In this document: positions 9,449-18,910 of the stretch, one piece after another
Layout: the number at the start of each line of letters is the position of its first letter
Position numbering within the stretch: position 1 is the stretch's first letter
Source: an uncultured Chloroflexia bacterium
GTDB lineage: Bacteria > Chloroflexota > Chloroflexia > QHBQ01 > JADMIH01
Length of the DNA: 64,000 nt
Direction: 5' to 3'
Assembly (NCBI GenBank): GCA_963797095.1
Contig: CAWCNY010000002.1
Coordinates: 640,001 to 704,000, forward strand
Translations under genes and position numbers: made by a program
Notes under the pieces: model-generated
Databases searched by the model: none
The model's input: only the letters and a program-made list of their open reading frames with translations
Told to the model about the DNA's origin: nothing

Positions 9449-10324
9449 TCAACCAGGGCGGTTCAAGGGCTTGATATGCGGCTCTACAATCATCGCGACC
9501 TTGAGTGACCACTGTACTATATCTTCCGCATGTTCCGCGTCGATGAGCACTGACCACCAACTCGCGTTCAGGCAGGCGTAAGCATAGGTGTACGCTAGCA
9601 CGCGCTGTAGGTCGATTGCCAGCGTGTCTGCCAGGATTACAGCGTTGGTCAGCAGCCGGGCTTCGTTGTGCACCAGTTCGGGCATCACCGGGTTGCAGAG
9701 TGTGTTGGCGCAGTCGTAGGTGCGCTCGCCAATCAAGCCCTTCGGGTCGAAGGCCAGCCAGCCGCGCGATGAGTAGCGGATGTTGCGGTGGTGGATATCA
9801 CCGTGCAGCACTCGGACCTCGCGCTGGTCAGTGAGCAACCGCTCGGCCACGGCGGCGCCTCGCACATAGATAGACTCCCTGCCTGCTTGCCTGTCCGCCT
9901 GCGCTTTGTCGAACAACTCCCCAAACCAGCGTTCGAGCCTGAAGAGGCCGTTGCGTGGGGCATCAGCTGGGGGTTCCTGCGGAACGCTGTGAAGTTGCTT
10001 GATCACTTGCGCGATGATACGCGTAGCGTTTTCGTCTTCACCGCGCGCGACTAGCGTCACGAGTTCGTCACCTGCAGCGTACTCCAGTAGGTGCGCGCCT
10101 TCGTCGTAACGCAGTAGGCGGACCGCCCCACGACCATCAAAGTAGCGCAGCGCCAATGCGCCGGTCTGCTCCTTCGTCTCCGACGAAGAGAGCAGTTTAA
10201 GGACAACCGTCTCGTTCTCGTGGGTGACAGTGTAGATGCTAATTGTCGGCGTCTGGGTGAGAAGCTGCGGATTCGATAGATTCCATGCGACTAGGTAGCA
10301 GCTCAGATCTTTGCTATCGCTCGT
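9449..10324 (-). CDS. APH(6)/StrB-like aminoglycoside/hydroxyurea resistance kinase (start uncertain)
   Basis: LHGDIHHRNI, WLAFDPKGLIGERTYD. The open frame continues 56 codons upstream of TTG 10156 with a plausible N-lobe (YLVAWNL...VVLKLL) but no ATG/GTG/TTG. Confidence 0.8.
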   Translation of the reverse strand, partial: TSDSKDLSCYLVAWNLSNPQLLTQTPTISIYTVTHENETVVLKLLSSSETKEQTGALALRYFDGRGAVRLLRYDEGAHLLEYAAGDELVTLVARGEDENATRIIAQVIKQLHSVPQEPPADAPRNGLFRLERWFGELFDKAQADRQAGRESIYVRGAAVAERLLTDQREVRVLHGDIHHRNIRYSSRGWLAFDPKGLIGERTYDCANTLCNPVMPELVHNEARLLTNAVILADTLAIDLQRVLAYTYAYACLNASWWSVLIDAEHAEDIVQWSLKVAMIVEPHIKPLNRPG

Positions 10325-10373
10325 GGTTGCGATAATAATAGCATCAAAGTGCTAAAGTTGTCGGTCGTGCTGG

Positions 10374-10397
10374 TTCCCCCAACCTCGGTTGGGGGAA
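10374..10397. repeat. Perfect intergenic inverted repeat (REP-like)
   Basis: TTCCCCCAACC-TC-GGTTGGGGGAA. Confidence 0.5.
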
Positions 10398-10502
10398 TGA
10401 GAGGAGAACGACCGGAGAACCACTGACAGATGGTTTAGCGTCGAACCTGCCGGGTAGGCGGACCACATCACTGCAGCCCGCCCCCGCATTACCACCCAAG
10501 CC

Positions 10503-10710
10503 AAGTCCCGAAGGGACGTAAGAGCATAGCCCAGGGCGCAAGCCCTGCGGAAGCGTAAGCCCCCCAGCTAATAGTCCCGAAGGGACGTAAGAGAGTAGCC
10601 CAGGGCGTAAGCCCTGTGGTAAGCCCAAGAAAATGCCAAAGCCCCGTAGGGGCGTAAGAACAGCACTCCGATCTGTTTGATACAATGCTCTTACGTCCCT
10701 TCGGGACTAT
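10503..10710. repeat. Composite REP cluster A
   Basis: AGTCCCGAAGGGACGTAAGAG + TAGCCCAGGGCGYAAGCCCTG units twice, then AGCCCCGTAGGGGCGTAAGA and an inverted CTCTTACGTCCCTTCGGGACT. Confidence 0.85.
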
Positions 10711-10786
10711 ATGGGGCGTCGTTCCATCGGGGCAACCTCTGGTGGTGCCCCTAGCCCTTACTATTGCACCTTACTTGGTGTGCACG

Positions 10787-12178
10787 TTACTTGGTGCCCT
10801 GGATCTCCGCGAAATGGTCGAGTATGCGCGCTATATGACGGGCACCGTTGCGGAAGTCCTCTATGCGGACGTGCTCGTTGGGCGCGTGGGTGCGCGCACC
10901 GGGATAACCCACGCCGGGGCTTACCACCGTTATACCGAGGGGGCGGGCGAATGCGTATACCGGGCTGCTCCCTCCTGTCAGGGGTGTCAGCACCGACTTC
11001 TTCCCGTACACTTCCTCCCCGGTCTGGGCCGTCAGCACCACAAGCGGGTCGTCTGCCTCCCCCTTCGACGGCCACATTGCCCCCAACCATGTCAGCTTTA
11101 TATCGCTGAACCCCTGGTCGTCCAAATAGCGGCGCAGGTTATCGAATATCTCCTTCGGGTCCTGGTCGGGCACCAACCGGAAATCGACTTTTGCCGTGGC
11201 GATGGCCGGGATCACCGTCTTCATCCCCGGTCCCTGGTACCCGCCCCAAATGCCCGCGATATTGCAGGTCGGTTGGAACACCCCCCGCTTGTAGCTGTCG
11301 CCTGTGGCCCCGCGCACGAACCTCCGCTCCCCAAGCTCGTCAATGCCGAACTCGGCGCGAGCGCCCTCCTCGTCCGACGGAGAAGCGGCGAAAAGCTGCT
11401 CGTCAAGCTCCGAAGGAGGGAGCGCCCTGTCGTAGAAGCCTGGCACAAGGATGCGCTCATCGGGATCTTTGAGCGTCGTAAGCGCCCGGATCAGCCTCCA
11501 TGCCGCGTTGGGCAGCATGTGCGCCCCACCCGAGTGGGCATCGCGCTTGAGGGTCTGCGCCTGTAACTCCACCGCCAGTATGCCCCTGCGGCCAAGGGTG
11601 TTGCCCGGCCTACCCTCGTCATTGATCCCGCCCTCCTCCCAGATCGAGCCGTGCGACTTGAGCAGATCGAGGTGCTCCTGCACGAACTGGGCGATATGAG
11701 GGCTGGATATCTCCTCCTCCCCCTCAAGGATGAAGGTCACGCCGCAAGGCAATTCGCCGCCGTTGGCCGCGCGCGCCGCGTCGACCGCCGCCAACCGGGC
11801 TATGAACTCGCCCTTGTCGTCCTTGGCTCCACGCGCGTAGAGGGCGCCATCTCGCACCTCCGGCTCGAACGGGGGCGCTACCCACAGTTCCAGAGGTTCG
11901 GGAGGCTGCACATCGTAATGGTTGTAGAAGAGCATCGTGCGCTCCGACTTGCCCTTTGCGCGCCCCACCACGATCGGGTTGCCGGGCGTGTCGAACATCT
12001 GCGTCTCAAAGCCGTGGCGCTCCAATATAGTAGCCACCAGCCGCGCGCATTCCGCCATAACCGGGCGGTCGGCCTTTGCCGACACGCTCGGCACTCGGCA
12101 AAGCTCTGCCGTTTCGTCTATGTATTTGTCGAGATTTGAATCGATGAATGTATCTATCTGCTCTGCAATATCGGCCAT
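10787..12178 (-). CDS. M20/M25/M40 family metallopeptidase
   Basis: YNHYDVQP, ARGAKDDKG, EGEEEISS, THAPNEH. Start reassigned to ATG 12178 after the GAAAGG RBS. Confidence 0.9.
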   Translation of the reverse strand: MADIAEQIDTFIDSNLDKYIDETAELCRVPSVSAKADRPVMAECARLVATILERHGFETQMFDTPGNPIVVGRAKGKSERTMLFYNHYDVQPPEPLELWVAPPFEPEVRDGALYARGAKDDKGEFIARLAAVDAARAANGGELPCGVTFILEGEEEISSPHIAQFVQEHLDLLKSHGSIWEEGGINDEGRPGNTLGRRGILAVELQAQTLKRDAHSGGAHMLPNAAWRLIRALTTLKDPDERILVPGFYDRALPPSELDEQLFAASPSDEEGARAEFGIDELGERRFVRGATGDSYKRGVFQPTCNIAGIWGGYQGPGMKTVIPAIATAKVDFRLVPDQDPKEIFDNLRRYLDDQGFSDIKLTWLGAMWPSKGEADDPLVVLTAQTGEEVYGKKSVLTPLTGGSSPVYAFARPLGITVVSPGVGYPGARTHAPNEHVRIEDFRNGARHIARILDHFAEIQGTK

Positions 12179-12419
12179 GATAAGTGCACCTTTCTCTGGA
12201 GGTAATGCAGGGAACCGCCTGCCGGAGTACCAGGGGTTGTCCCCTGGCCTTTCCTTGCTAACCGACCTCTCTCCTCCCCGTGGATACGTGCGGGGAGGTA
12301 GGGCTGGGACGTTATTGAATGGACGCTGTAGCATAAGGGAAGGCGTGGCAGCCGTCAAGGTGCGGTGGTATAATTCCATCCCGGACTCACGGCAAATCCC
12401 GGTAGAAAGGCGGTCTTGC

Positions 12420-12917
12420 ATGATGTTGGAACTACGTGTGAATGGGGCTTCTGTAGAGGTTGATGTAGACGAAAAGGAGTCTCTCCTCGCCGTCCTGCGC
12501 GAGCAACTGGGCCTGACGGGTGCCAAGTACAGCTGCGGCGAGGGCGAATGCGGCGCGTGTACCGTCCTCCTCGACGGCAAAGCGATCCGTTCCTGCATCA
12601 CCCCCGCAGGCGACGCCGTTGGCAAGGATGTGCTCACCATCGAGGGATTGGTACAGGATGGCGCGCTCCACCCTCTGCAAGAGGCCTTTCTCGACAACGG
12701 GGCTTTCCAGTGCGGCTACTGCACGCCAGGAATGATCATGTCGGGCGTGGCCCTGCTCAATAGCTGCCCCGACCCCACCGAGGAAGAGGTCGTGGCGGGC
12801 ATGCAGGGCAATATCTGCCGCTGCGGCACCTACCTCCGCATCGTTCGCGCCATCCGGCAGGCCGCCACCCCTCTCTCCACCCCCACCGTCCCACAGATCG
12901 AGGAGGCCACCCGATGA
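12420..12917 (+). CDS. (2Fe-2S)-binding small subunit of a xanthine/aldehyde oxidoreductase-family enzyme (IorA/CoxS-like)
   Basis: CGEGECGACTV...SC, QCGYCTPG, GNICRC. Confidence 0.9.
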   Translation: MMLELRVNGASVEVDVDEKESLLAVLREQLGLTGAKYSCGEGECGACTVLLDGKAIRSCITPAGDAVGKDVLTIEGLVQDGALHPLQEAFLDNGAFQCGYCTPGMIMSGVALLNSCPDPTEEEVVAGMQGNICRCGTYLRIVRAIRQAATPLSTPTVPQIEEATR

Positions 12918-14956
12918 CCGCCGGTAGGGGACGCCCATCCCGGCAGCCTGTGGGCGAGCAGTCTTCCCCCGCCATAGGCGATTGGCTCCGCTTCCTGCCC
13001 GATGGTACGGTGCAGGTGCTGGCGGGCAAGGCCGAGGTGGGGCAGGGCATCCGCACATCGCTGGCCCTCGCCGTGGCCGAAGAACTGCGCCTCCCCCTCG
13101 ACCGGGTGCGCACCATCCTGGGCGATACCGCCCTCACCCCCTTCGACATGGGCACCTTCGGCAGCCGCACCACGCCCTACACCTCTCCCATCCTGCACAA
13201 AGTAGCCGCCTCCGCCCGCGAGCTACTCCTCGACCGCGCTACTACCATGCTCGGCGTGCCCCGCTCCGAGCTAACCGCTTCCGAAGGCAAGATCATCCAC
13301 TCGCCAAGCGGGAGCTCCCTGGCCTATTTCGATCTGGTAGATAACCCTGAAGGCGATCTCAACGACCTGTGGAGCGAGGATGCCCCCGTCACCCCGCCCG
13401 ACCAATGGACCATCGCGGGCAAACCCGCTTTCCGCGTAGATGGGCGCGACTTCGTCACCGGAAGCCATCGCTACACCTCGGATCAGGTGCTGCCCGGTAT
13501 GCTCCATGGGGCTGTGCTCCGTCCTCCCACGCTCAATGCGACCCTGGTTTCTGCCAACACGCGGGAAGCCGAAGCGATGCCGGGCGTGATCGTTGTGCGC
13601 GATGGCGATTTCGTCGGAGTGGCCGCCCCCACCCGGCGCGCCGCCCGCCAGGCCGTTGCCGCCATTCATGCGGAGTGGTCCACGCCCGACAGCAACGACC
13701 AGACCTCCTGGCAAAGCGTCTTCGACTACATCAAGACCCACCCATACGAGCCGCCTGCGCACCAGCACTGGGGCGGTCCCGACGTTTTCGAGGTTGGCTC
13801 TCTCGCGGAGGGGCGGGCCAATACTGCCCATATCCTTTCTGCGAATTACACCCTACCCTACATTGCGCACGCCCCTCTTGAGACGCGGGCAGCCCTTGCC
13901 GAGTGGCAGGGCGACCACCTCACCTTGTGGACAGGCACTCAGCGCCCCTTCGGCGTGCGCGGCGAGCTTGCCACCACCTTCGACATCCCCGAAGACAATG
14001 TGCGCGTCATTGTGCCCGACACCGGATCGGCCTATGGCGGCAAGCACTCAGGCGAGGCCGCTGTCGAGGCAGCCCGGTTGGCGAGGGGTGCAAGGCGACC
14101 TGTAAAGCTCCTCTGGTCCCGCGAGGAGGAGTTCACCTTCGCCTACGCCCGCCCGGCCGGGCTGATCGAGATCAGCAGCGCTACCACAGGCGATGGCCGG
14201 GTCACCGCCTGGGAGTACCATAACTACAATTCAGGCTCGGCGGGCATACGCACCCCCTACCCTGTGCCCAACCAGCTAGTGGCCTTCCACACCACTCAAT
14301 CCCCCCTGCACCAGGGTTCGTACAGGGCGCTGGCTGCCACCGCCAATCATTTTGCCCGCGAAAGCCACATGGACGAACTGGCCCATCTCCTGGGCCTCGA
14401 CCCGCTCGATTTCCGCCTGCGCAACCTCCCCGACGAAAGCGATCCTGTGCAGAGCCGTCTGCGCGCGGTGCTGCTGGCCGCCACCGAGCGTTTCGGCTGG
14501 GCAACCGAGCGCACCCAGGCGGAAGATCGCGGCTACGGTCTATCGTGTGGCACCGAGAAGGGGAGTTATGTCGCCACCTGCGCCGAGGTGGAGGTCGATA
14601 GCGCCAACCACCAAGTGCGCGTGCTGCGCGTGGTCGAGGCGTTCGAGTGTGGGGCCATAGTCAACCCTGAAGGGCTGGCGAACCAGGTGGAGGGCGCTAT
14701 CGTGCAGGCGCTGGGCGGCGCGCTGATGGAGCGGATCGAGTTCGCCAATAACAAAGTGCTCACCGCTCGCTTCTCGCGCTACCGGGTGCCGCGCTTCGCC
14801 GATGTGCCGCGCATAGAGGTCGTGCTGCTCGACCGCAAAGACCTGCCTTCGGCGGGCGCTGGCGAAACCCCCATCGTGGGGCTTGCCCCCGCCGTCGCCA
14901 ACGCCATATTCGACGCCACCCGACAGCGCCTGCGCGATCTCCCGCTTGTCCCGTAG
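12914..14956 (+). CDS. Molybdopterin-binding large subunit (IorB/nicotinate dehydrogenase B-like)
   Basis: GKAEVGQGIRT, GTFGSRTT, GSAYGGKH, GAGETPI; 4-bp overlap with the 2Fe-2S gene. Confidence 0.88.
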   Translation: MTAGRGRPSRQPVGEQSSPAIGDWLRFLPDGTVQVLAGKAEVGQGIRTSLALAVAEELRLPLDRVRTILGDTALTPFDMGTFGSRTTPYTSPILHKVAASARELLLDRATTMLGVPRSELTASEGKIIHSPSGSSLAYFDLVDNPEGDLNDLWSEDAPVTPPDQWTIAGKPAFRVDGRDFVTGSHRYTSDQVLPGMLHGAVLRPPTLNATLVSANTREAEAMPGVIVVRDGDFVGVAAPTRRAARQAVAAIHAEWSTPDSNDQTSWQSVFDYIKTHPYEPPAHQHWGGPDVFEVGSLAEGRANTAHILSANYTLPYIAHAPLETRAALAEWQGDHLTLWTGTQRPFGVRGELATTFDIPEDNVRVIVPDTGSAYGGKHSGEAAVEAARLARGARRPVKLLWSREEEFTFAYARPAGLIEISSATTGDGRVTAWEYHNYNSGSAGIRTPYPVPNQLVAFHTTQSPLHQGSYRALAATANHFARESHMDELAHLLGLDPLDFRLRNLPDESDPVQSRLRAVLLAATERFGWATERTQAEDRGYGLSCGTEKGSYVATCAEVEVDSANHQVRVLRVVEAFECGAIVNPEGLANQVEGAIVQALGGALMERIEFANNKVLTARFSRYRVPRFADVPRIEVVLLDRKDLPSAGAGETPIVGLAPAVANAIFDATRQRLRDLPLVP

Positions 14957-15112
14957 CATATTTCAGCTACAACTTTTGTTGAATTTGTATGAATTAATTC
15001 CCCCTCCGATCGGTGATAATAGCAGCGTTCCCTATTCCGTGGGAACGTAATGCAAAGGATGCGAGCCACCAACACGTGGACGCCACCGTAGAGCCAGGGA
15101 GGGCCTTAATTC

Positions 15113-16969
15113 ATGCGCAGTCGTACGCTCCAGTCTGCCACCGGGCGCATTGCCGGGTTGGTTATCGTCTGTCTCAGCATTGTTGCTGTTCTTGCCATCG
15201 CCTCCATCGGCTCGTCTAGTTCCGCCGAGGCGGGTGCTGCTGTCTCTTCCTCCGCCCCTTCTACCGCCCTCTGCCAGCAGTTCGGCGTCAACCTGAGCGC
15301 CGGGGAGTTCGGAAGTAACCTGCCGGGCATCTACGGGGTGGACTACCTCTATCCCGGTATCGACGCCGAGGGTTATGACAACGCCTGGGAAATGGACTAC
15401 TTCCACAGCAAGGGCCTTGATATGATCCGCCTCCCTCTCCAATGGGAGCGCCTTCAGCACGACCTCAACGGCCCACTCAGCGACTTTGACATAAACCTGA
15501 TCGACCAGGTGCTCGATAATGCAGCCGCCCACGGCATGAAAGTAGTGATCGGCCCCCACAACTTCGCACGCCGCACCATCGGCGGCGTTGACTACGTGAT
15601 CGGCTCCGCCCAGGTGCCCTACTCCGCCTTCACCGACTTCTGGCATCGCATGGCCCAGCACTTCGCGGGGCATCCCGGCCTCTACGGATATGCCCTCGAC
15701 AACGAGCCGCATGATACGGGTGGTCTATGGGTCACCGGCGGCGCGCAGGCGGGCATTAACGGCATACGTATGTCCGACACCGTGACCCCCATCATCGTGC
15801 CGGGTGATGGTTGGTCGGGTGCCTGGACGTGGCTCGATTCGGGCAACGACGCCCTCAAAACGCTCAACGACCCGTCGCATAACCTGATCTTTGAGGCGCA
15901 CCAGTACTTCGATGAGGATGGCGGAGGAGCCTATACGCTCTCCTACGACGCGCAGGGTGCCTACCCCAACCTCGGCGTTGACCGCCTGACAGAGTTCGTG
16001 AACTGGCTGCATACCAACAACCTCAAAGGTTTCCTGGGCGAGTATGGCGTGCCCGACGACGATCCGCGCTGGCTGACGATGCTGGGCAACGCTCTCGCCT
16101 ACCTTGAGGCCAACAACGACGTGATCGTTGGCGGTGCCGACTGGTCGGCTGGCCCCTGGTGGGACGCGGACTATAGGCTATCCGTAGAACCTACCGGCAC
16201 TTGGCCCGCTGTGACCGACCAGCCGCAGATGGCTGTCCTGCAAGCCCACACAGGCAACACAGCAGGCTGCGGCTCCACGCCCTCGCCTACACCGGGCGGA
16301 CCTCCGACCGCTACCGCCACTCCCGGCGGCTGTACGATATCGTTCACCGATGTGGAGCCTGGCAGCACATTCTATTCCTATGTGGCATGCCTGGTGTGCC
16401 GGGGCATCGTCAATGGCTACACCACCGGCTGCGAGACCGGCAGTCCCTGCTTCAAGCCGGGCGATAATGTAACGCGCGGACAGCTTTCCAAGATCGTGTC
16501 GATCTCGGCGGGCTTCGACGATGACCCCGGCGATCCGAGCTTCGAGGATGTGGCCCCAGGCTCCACCTTCTACGATTACGTGCAACGGCTGGCATCTCGC
16601 GGCTACATTGGCGGCTATCCCTGTGGTGGCCCAGGCGAGCCATGCGGTTCGGACAGCCTCCCCTACTTCCGCCCTAACGCTGGTGCGACCAGGGGCCAGC
16701 TTGCCAAGATCGTCTCCAACGCGGCGGGCTTAAACAGCCTCCCGACCGATCAATCGTTTGAGGACGTAGAGCCAGGCTCCACCTTCTACGATTACGTCGA
16801 GAGGCTGCATATGATAGGAGCGATAGGCGGCTACGACTGCGGTGGTCCCGGCGAGCCATGCGGCACCGGCAACCTGCCCTACTTCCGGCCAACCAACAGC
16901 GTAACTCGCGGGCAAACAACCAAGATCGTCACAAGCACCTTTTACCCTGTTTGTGTCTCTATTCACTAG
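15113..16969 (+). CDS. Secreted GH5 endoglucanase with C-terminal SLH domains
   Basis: Signal peptide; GVNLSAGEFG, RLPLQWERLQ, DNEPHD (acid/base), FEAHQYFD, LGEYG (nucleophile); PT linker; three SLH repeats (TRGQ). Confidence 0.88.
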   Translation: MRSRTLQSATGRIAGLVIVCLSIVAVLAIASIGSSSSAEAGAAVSSSAPSTALCQQFGVNLSAGEFGSNLPGIYGVDYLYPGIDAEGYDNAWEMDYFHSKGLDMIRLPLQWERLQHDLNGPLSDFDINLIDQVLDNAAAHGMKVVIGPHNFARRTIGGVDYVIGSAQVPYSAFTDFWHRMAQHFAGHPGLYGYALDNEPHDTGGLWVTGGAQAGINGIRMSDTVTPIIVPGDGWSGAWTWLDSGNDALKTLNDPSHNLIFEAHQYFDEDGGGAYTLSYDAQGAYPNLGVDRLTEFVNWLHTNNLKGFLGEYGVPDDDPRWLTMLGNALAYLEANNDVIVGGADWSAGPWWDADYRLSVEPTGTWPAVTDQPQMAVLQAHTGNTAGCGSTPSPTPGGPPTATATPGGCTISFTDVEPGSTFYSYVACLVCRGIVNGYTTGCETGSPCFKPGDNVTRGQLSKIVSISAGFDDDPGDPSFEDVAPGSTFYDYVQRLASRGYIGGYPCGGPGEPCGSDSLPYFRPNAGATRGQLAKIVSNAAGLNSLPTDQSFEDVEPGSTFYDYVERLHMIGAIGGYDCGGPGEPCGTGNLPYFRPTNSVTRGQTTKIVTSTFYPVCVSIH

Positions 16970-17032
16970 CCCGGCTTTTATGATATATTGTTCCCACATG
17001 CCAGGCTGGTGATATCTCCACCTATCTATGGT

Positions 17033-17116
17033 CGTACGTGATACGTGATACATGACGACAAGTGACAAGTGACGGGTGAATACGCAGTACGCAGTACGCA
17101 ATAGTCACGTATCACG
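17033..17116. repeat. Mixed heptamer repeats with a 12-bp inverted repeat
   Basis: TACGTGA, GACAAGT and TACGCAG units; CGTGATACGTGA (17037-48) / TCACGTATCACG (17105-16). Confidence 0.7.
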
Positions 17117-17140
17117 AATCGCCCCGAAAGGAACCAGGAA

Positions 17141-18892
17141 TTGGTAGCTCAGATTGGCTTAGAAGCAGACGTTGCGGACATCAGCCTCTCCCCAGGTGAA
17201 ACGGCAGTTGTGCAACTTACTCTGTCCAACCTGGGACAGGTCGTGGACGCTTTCGATCTTCTGATTCGTAACCTGGACCCCGGTTGGTACACTTTCAAGC
17301 CGGCCGAGGTATCGCTCTTCCCCGGCGACAAGGCCCCGATTACACTCTTGCTCCACCCACCGGCCTCTGCCTCCATGCGCTCCGGCCAGTTTTCCTTCGA
17401 TGTTGAAGCCATCTCGCGTGATAACCCCGACGCTTCGACCTCCCTCTCCATAGGCTTCCAATTGGCGGCGATCAGCGATGTCTCGGTTGACCTTGTTCCG
17501 CAGAAAATCGTGGCCCACCATGGCACTTACACTTTGCTCCTCAAGAACCCCGGCAACGTTTCGCGCCCTGTGGTGTTGCACCCCAGCGATACCGATGAAT
17601 TCCTGCTGTTCAGCTTCGGCCAGGCGCAGGTAAGCTCCATCTCAGATGCGCCAATCGGCAAGAAAACCGACAATGCTCCCGATCCCGCTACCCAGCCATC
17701 CACCACTACAACCGACCCGGCAGCCGCTCCATCTCCACCATCGCCCGACGTCGGCGACGTGGCGGTGGGCCGTCCTGTCGGTGATGGCGGATCGCTGCCG
17801 CCCTCCCTCGACATGGCCTGGACGCTTCCGGGCAAAGACTCCGGCCAGGGCTATCTCGAACTGACCCTGCCCCCGGCCTACAAAGTAGAGTTACCTCTGC
17901 TTATCCGCACGAAGAAGCGTATCTGGTTCGGCAAGCGTGAGATCCCCTTCAGATTCCAGGTTGCCGCCACGCCCCCAGGTGTCGAATGGGAGCCGGGCGA
18001 GGCCCGCTACACATCGGGTGAGTTGGTCTACAAGCCCTATCTGGCTGCCCTCGCATTCCTGCCGCCCGCCTTGCGCTGGGCGCTCCTGGGCGCGCTTATC
18101 CTCATTCCCCTGGTCGCGCTGGCGCTGCTCCTCCCCAACGCTGTAGGCGGTGCGCCCACTTCTACCACCCCCACGCCCGATGCCGGGGCCAACGCCACCC
18201 AAACCGCGCTCGCTCAGGCCAATGCCAATGCGACGCAGACCGCCCAGGCCAACGCCAACGCCACTCGTACAGCTGAGGCCCAGGCCCAGGCCAATGCCAA
18301 TGCCACGCAGACCGCCCTCGCTCAAGCCAATGCCAACGTCGATGCCGATGCTACGGGCACAGCCCAGGCCATAACCAACGCCACGGGTACGGCAGTAGCC
18401 ATCCCACCTGAGATCGTAAGCTTTGCCTGGGCTCCACAGCCCGACGGCTCCTGGAGCGCGGTCTGGGAGGTAGTTGGTGCCGATTCGGTCAAGATCAACG
18501 ATAAGGACGTGGAAGCTAAAGGCTCACAGCCCCAGAGCGCCGACCCTGTCGAGGACCTGCACCTGGTAGCCACCAACCAGTATGGCACCGTCAATCGCGA
18601 CCTCGGCAAGCTCACACCTTCCCCACCCAAGATAAACACCTTCACCTCTGATGCCGCGGGCAATATCTGTAGAGGCTGCCAGGTGATCCTTACCTGGGAC
18701 ATTGCTGGGGCGGCCCAGGCATGGCTGGATGGCACGCCCATTCCCGACGACGCCCTCAACAATGGCACAGCCCTCAGAAACCCCCTCGAAACCACCGAGT
18801 ACTGGTTGCTCGCCATCAACGACGCAGGCCAGGTAGAGAGTATCGTCAGAGTTGGAGTGGTCCCAAGCCCCACGCCCAAACCCAAGCCCTGA
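17141..18892 (+). CDS. Membrane-anchored protein: N-terminal Ig-like (COG1470-like) domains, TM, NANATQTA repeats, C-terminal beta domains
   Basis: No signal peptide; central hydrophobic segment; paralogous to the next gene (NLG.VVDAF..LDP.WY, SRDNP, PPGVEWEPGEAR). Confidence 0.7.
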   Translation: MVAQIGLEADVADISLSPGETAVVQLTLSNLGQVVDAFDLLIRNLDPGWYTFKPAEVSLFPGDKAPITLLLHPPASASMRSGQFSFDVEAISRDNPDASTSLSIGFQLAAISDVSVDLVPQKIVAHHGTYTLLLKNPGNVSRPVVLHPSDTDEFLLFSFGQAQVSSISDAPIGKKTDNAPDPATQPSTTTTDPAAAPSPPSPDVGDVAVGRPVGDGGSLPPSLDMAWTLPGKDSGQGYLELTLPPAYKVELPLLIRTKKRIWFGKREIPFRFQVAATPPGVEWEPGEARYTSGELVYKPYLAALAFLPPALRWALLGALILIPLVALALLLPNAVGGAPTSTTPTPDAGANATQTALAQANANATQTAQANANATRTAEAQAQANANATQTALAQANANVDADATGTAQAITNATGTAVAIPPEIVSFAWAPQPDGSWSAVWEVVGADSVKINDKDVEAKGSQPQSADPVEDLHLVATNQYGTVNRDLGKLTPSPPKINTFTSDAAGNICRGCQVILTWDIAGAAQAWLDGTPIPDDALNNGTALRNPLETTEYWLLAINDAGQVESIVRVGVVPSPTPKPKP

Positions 18893-18910
18893 GCACCCAA
18901 AGAAAACGCC

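Noticed and set aside
10503-10710. REP clusters as a CRISPR array
   Set aside because: Units are of two types, include inverted copies, have irregular spacers and are dispersed; no cas genes are present.
11937-12697. Long N-terminal extensions making the peptidase and 2Fe-2S ORFs overlap
   Set aside because: Family similarity and RBS place the starts at 12178 (-) and 12420 (+), giving an ordinary divergent pair.
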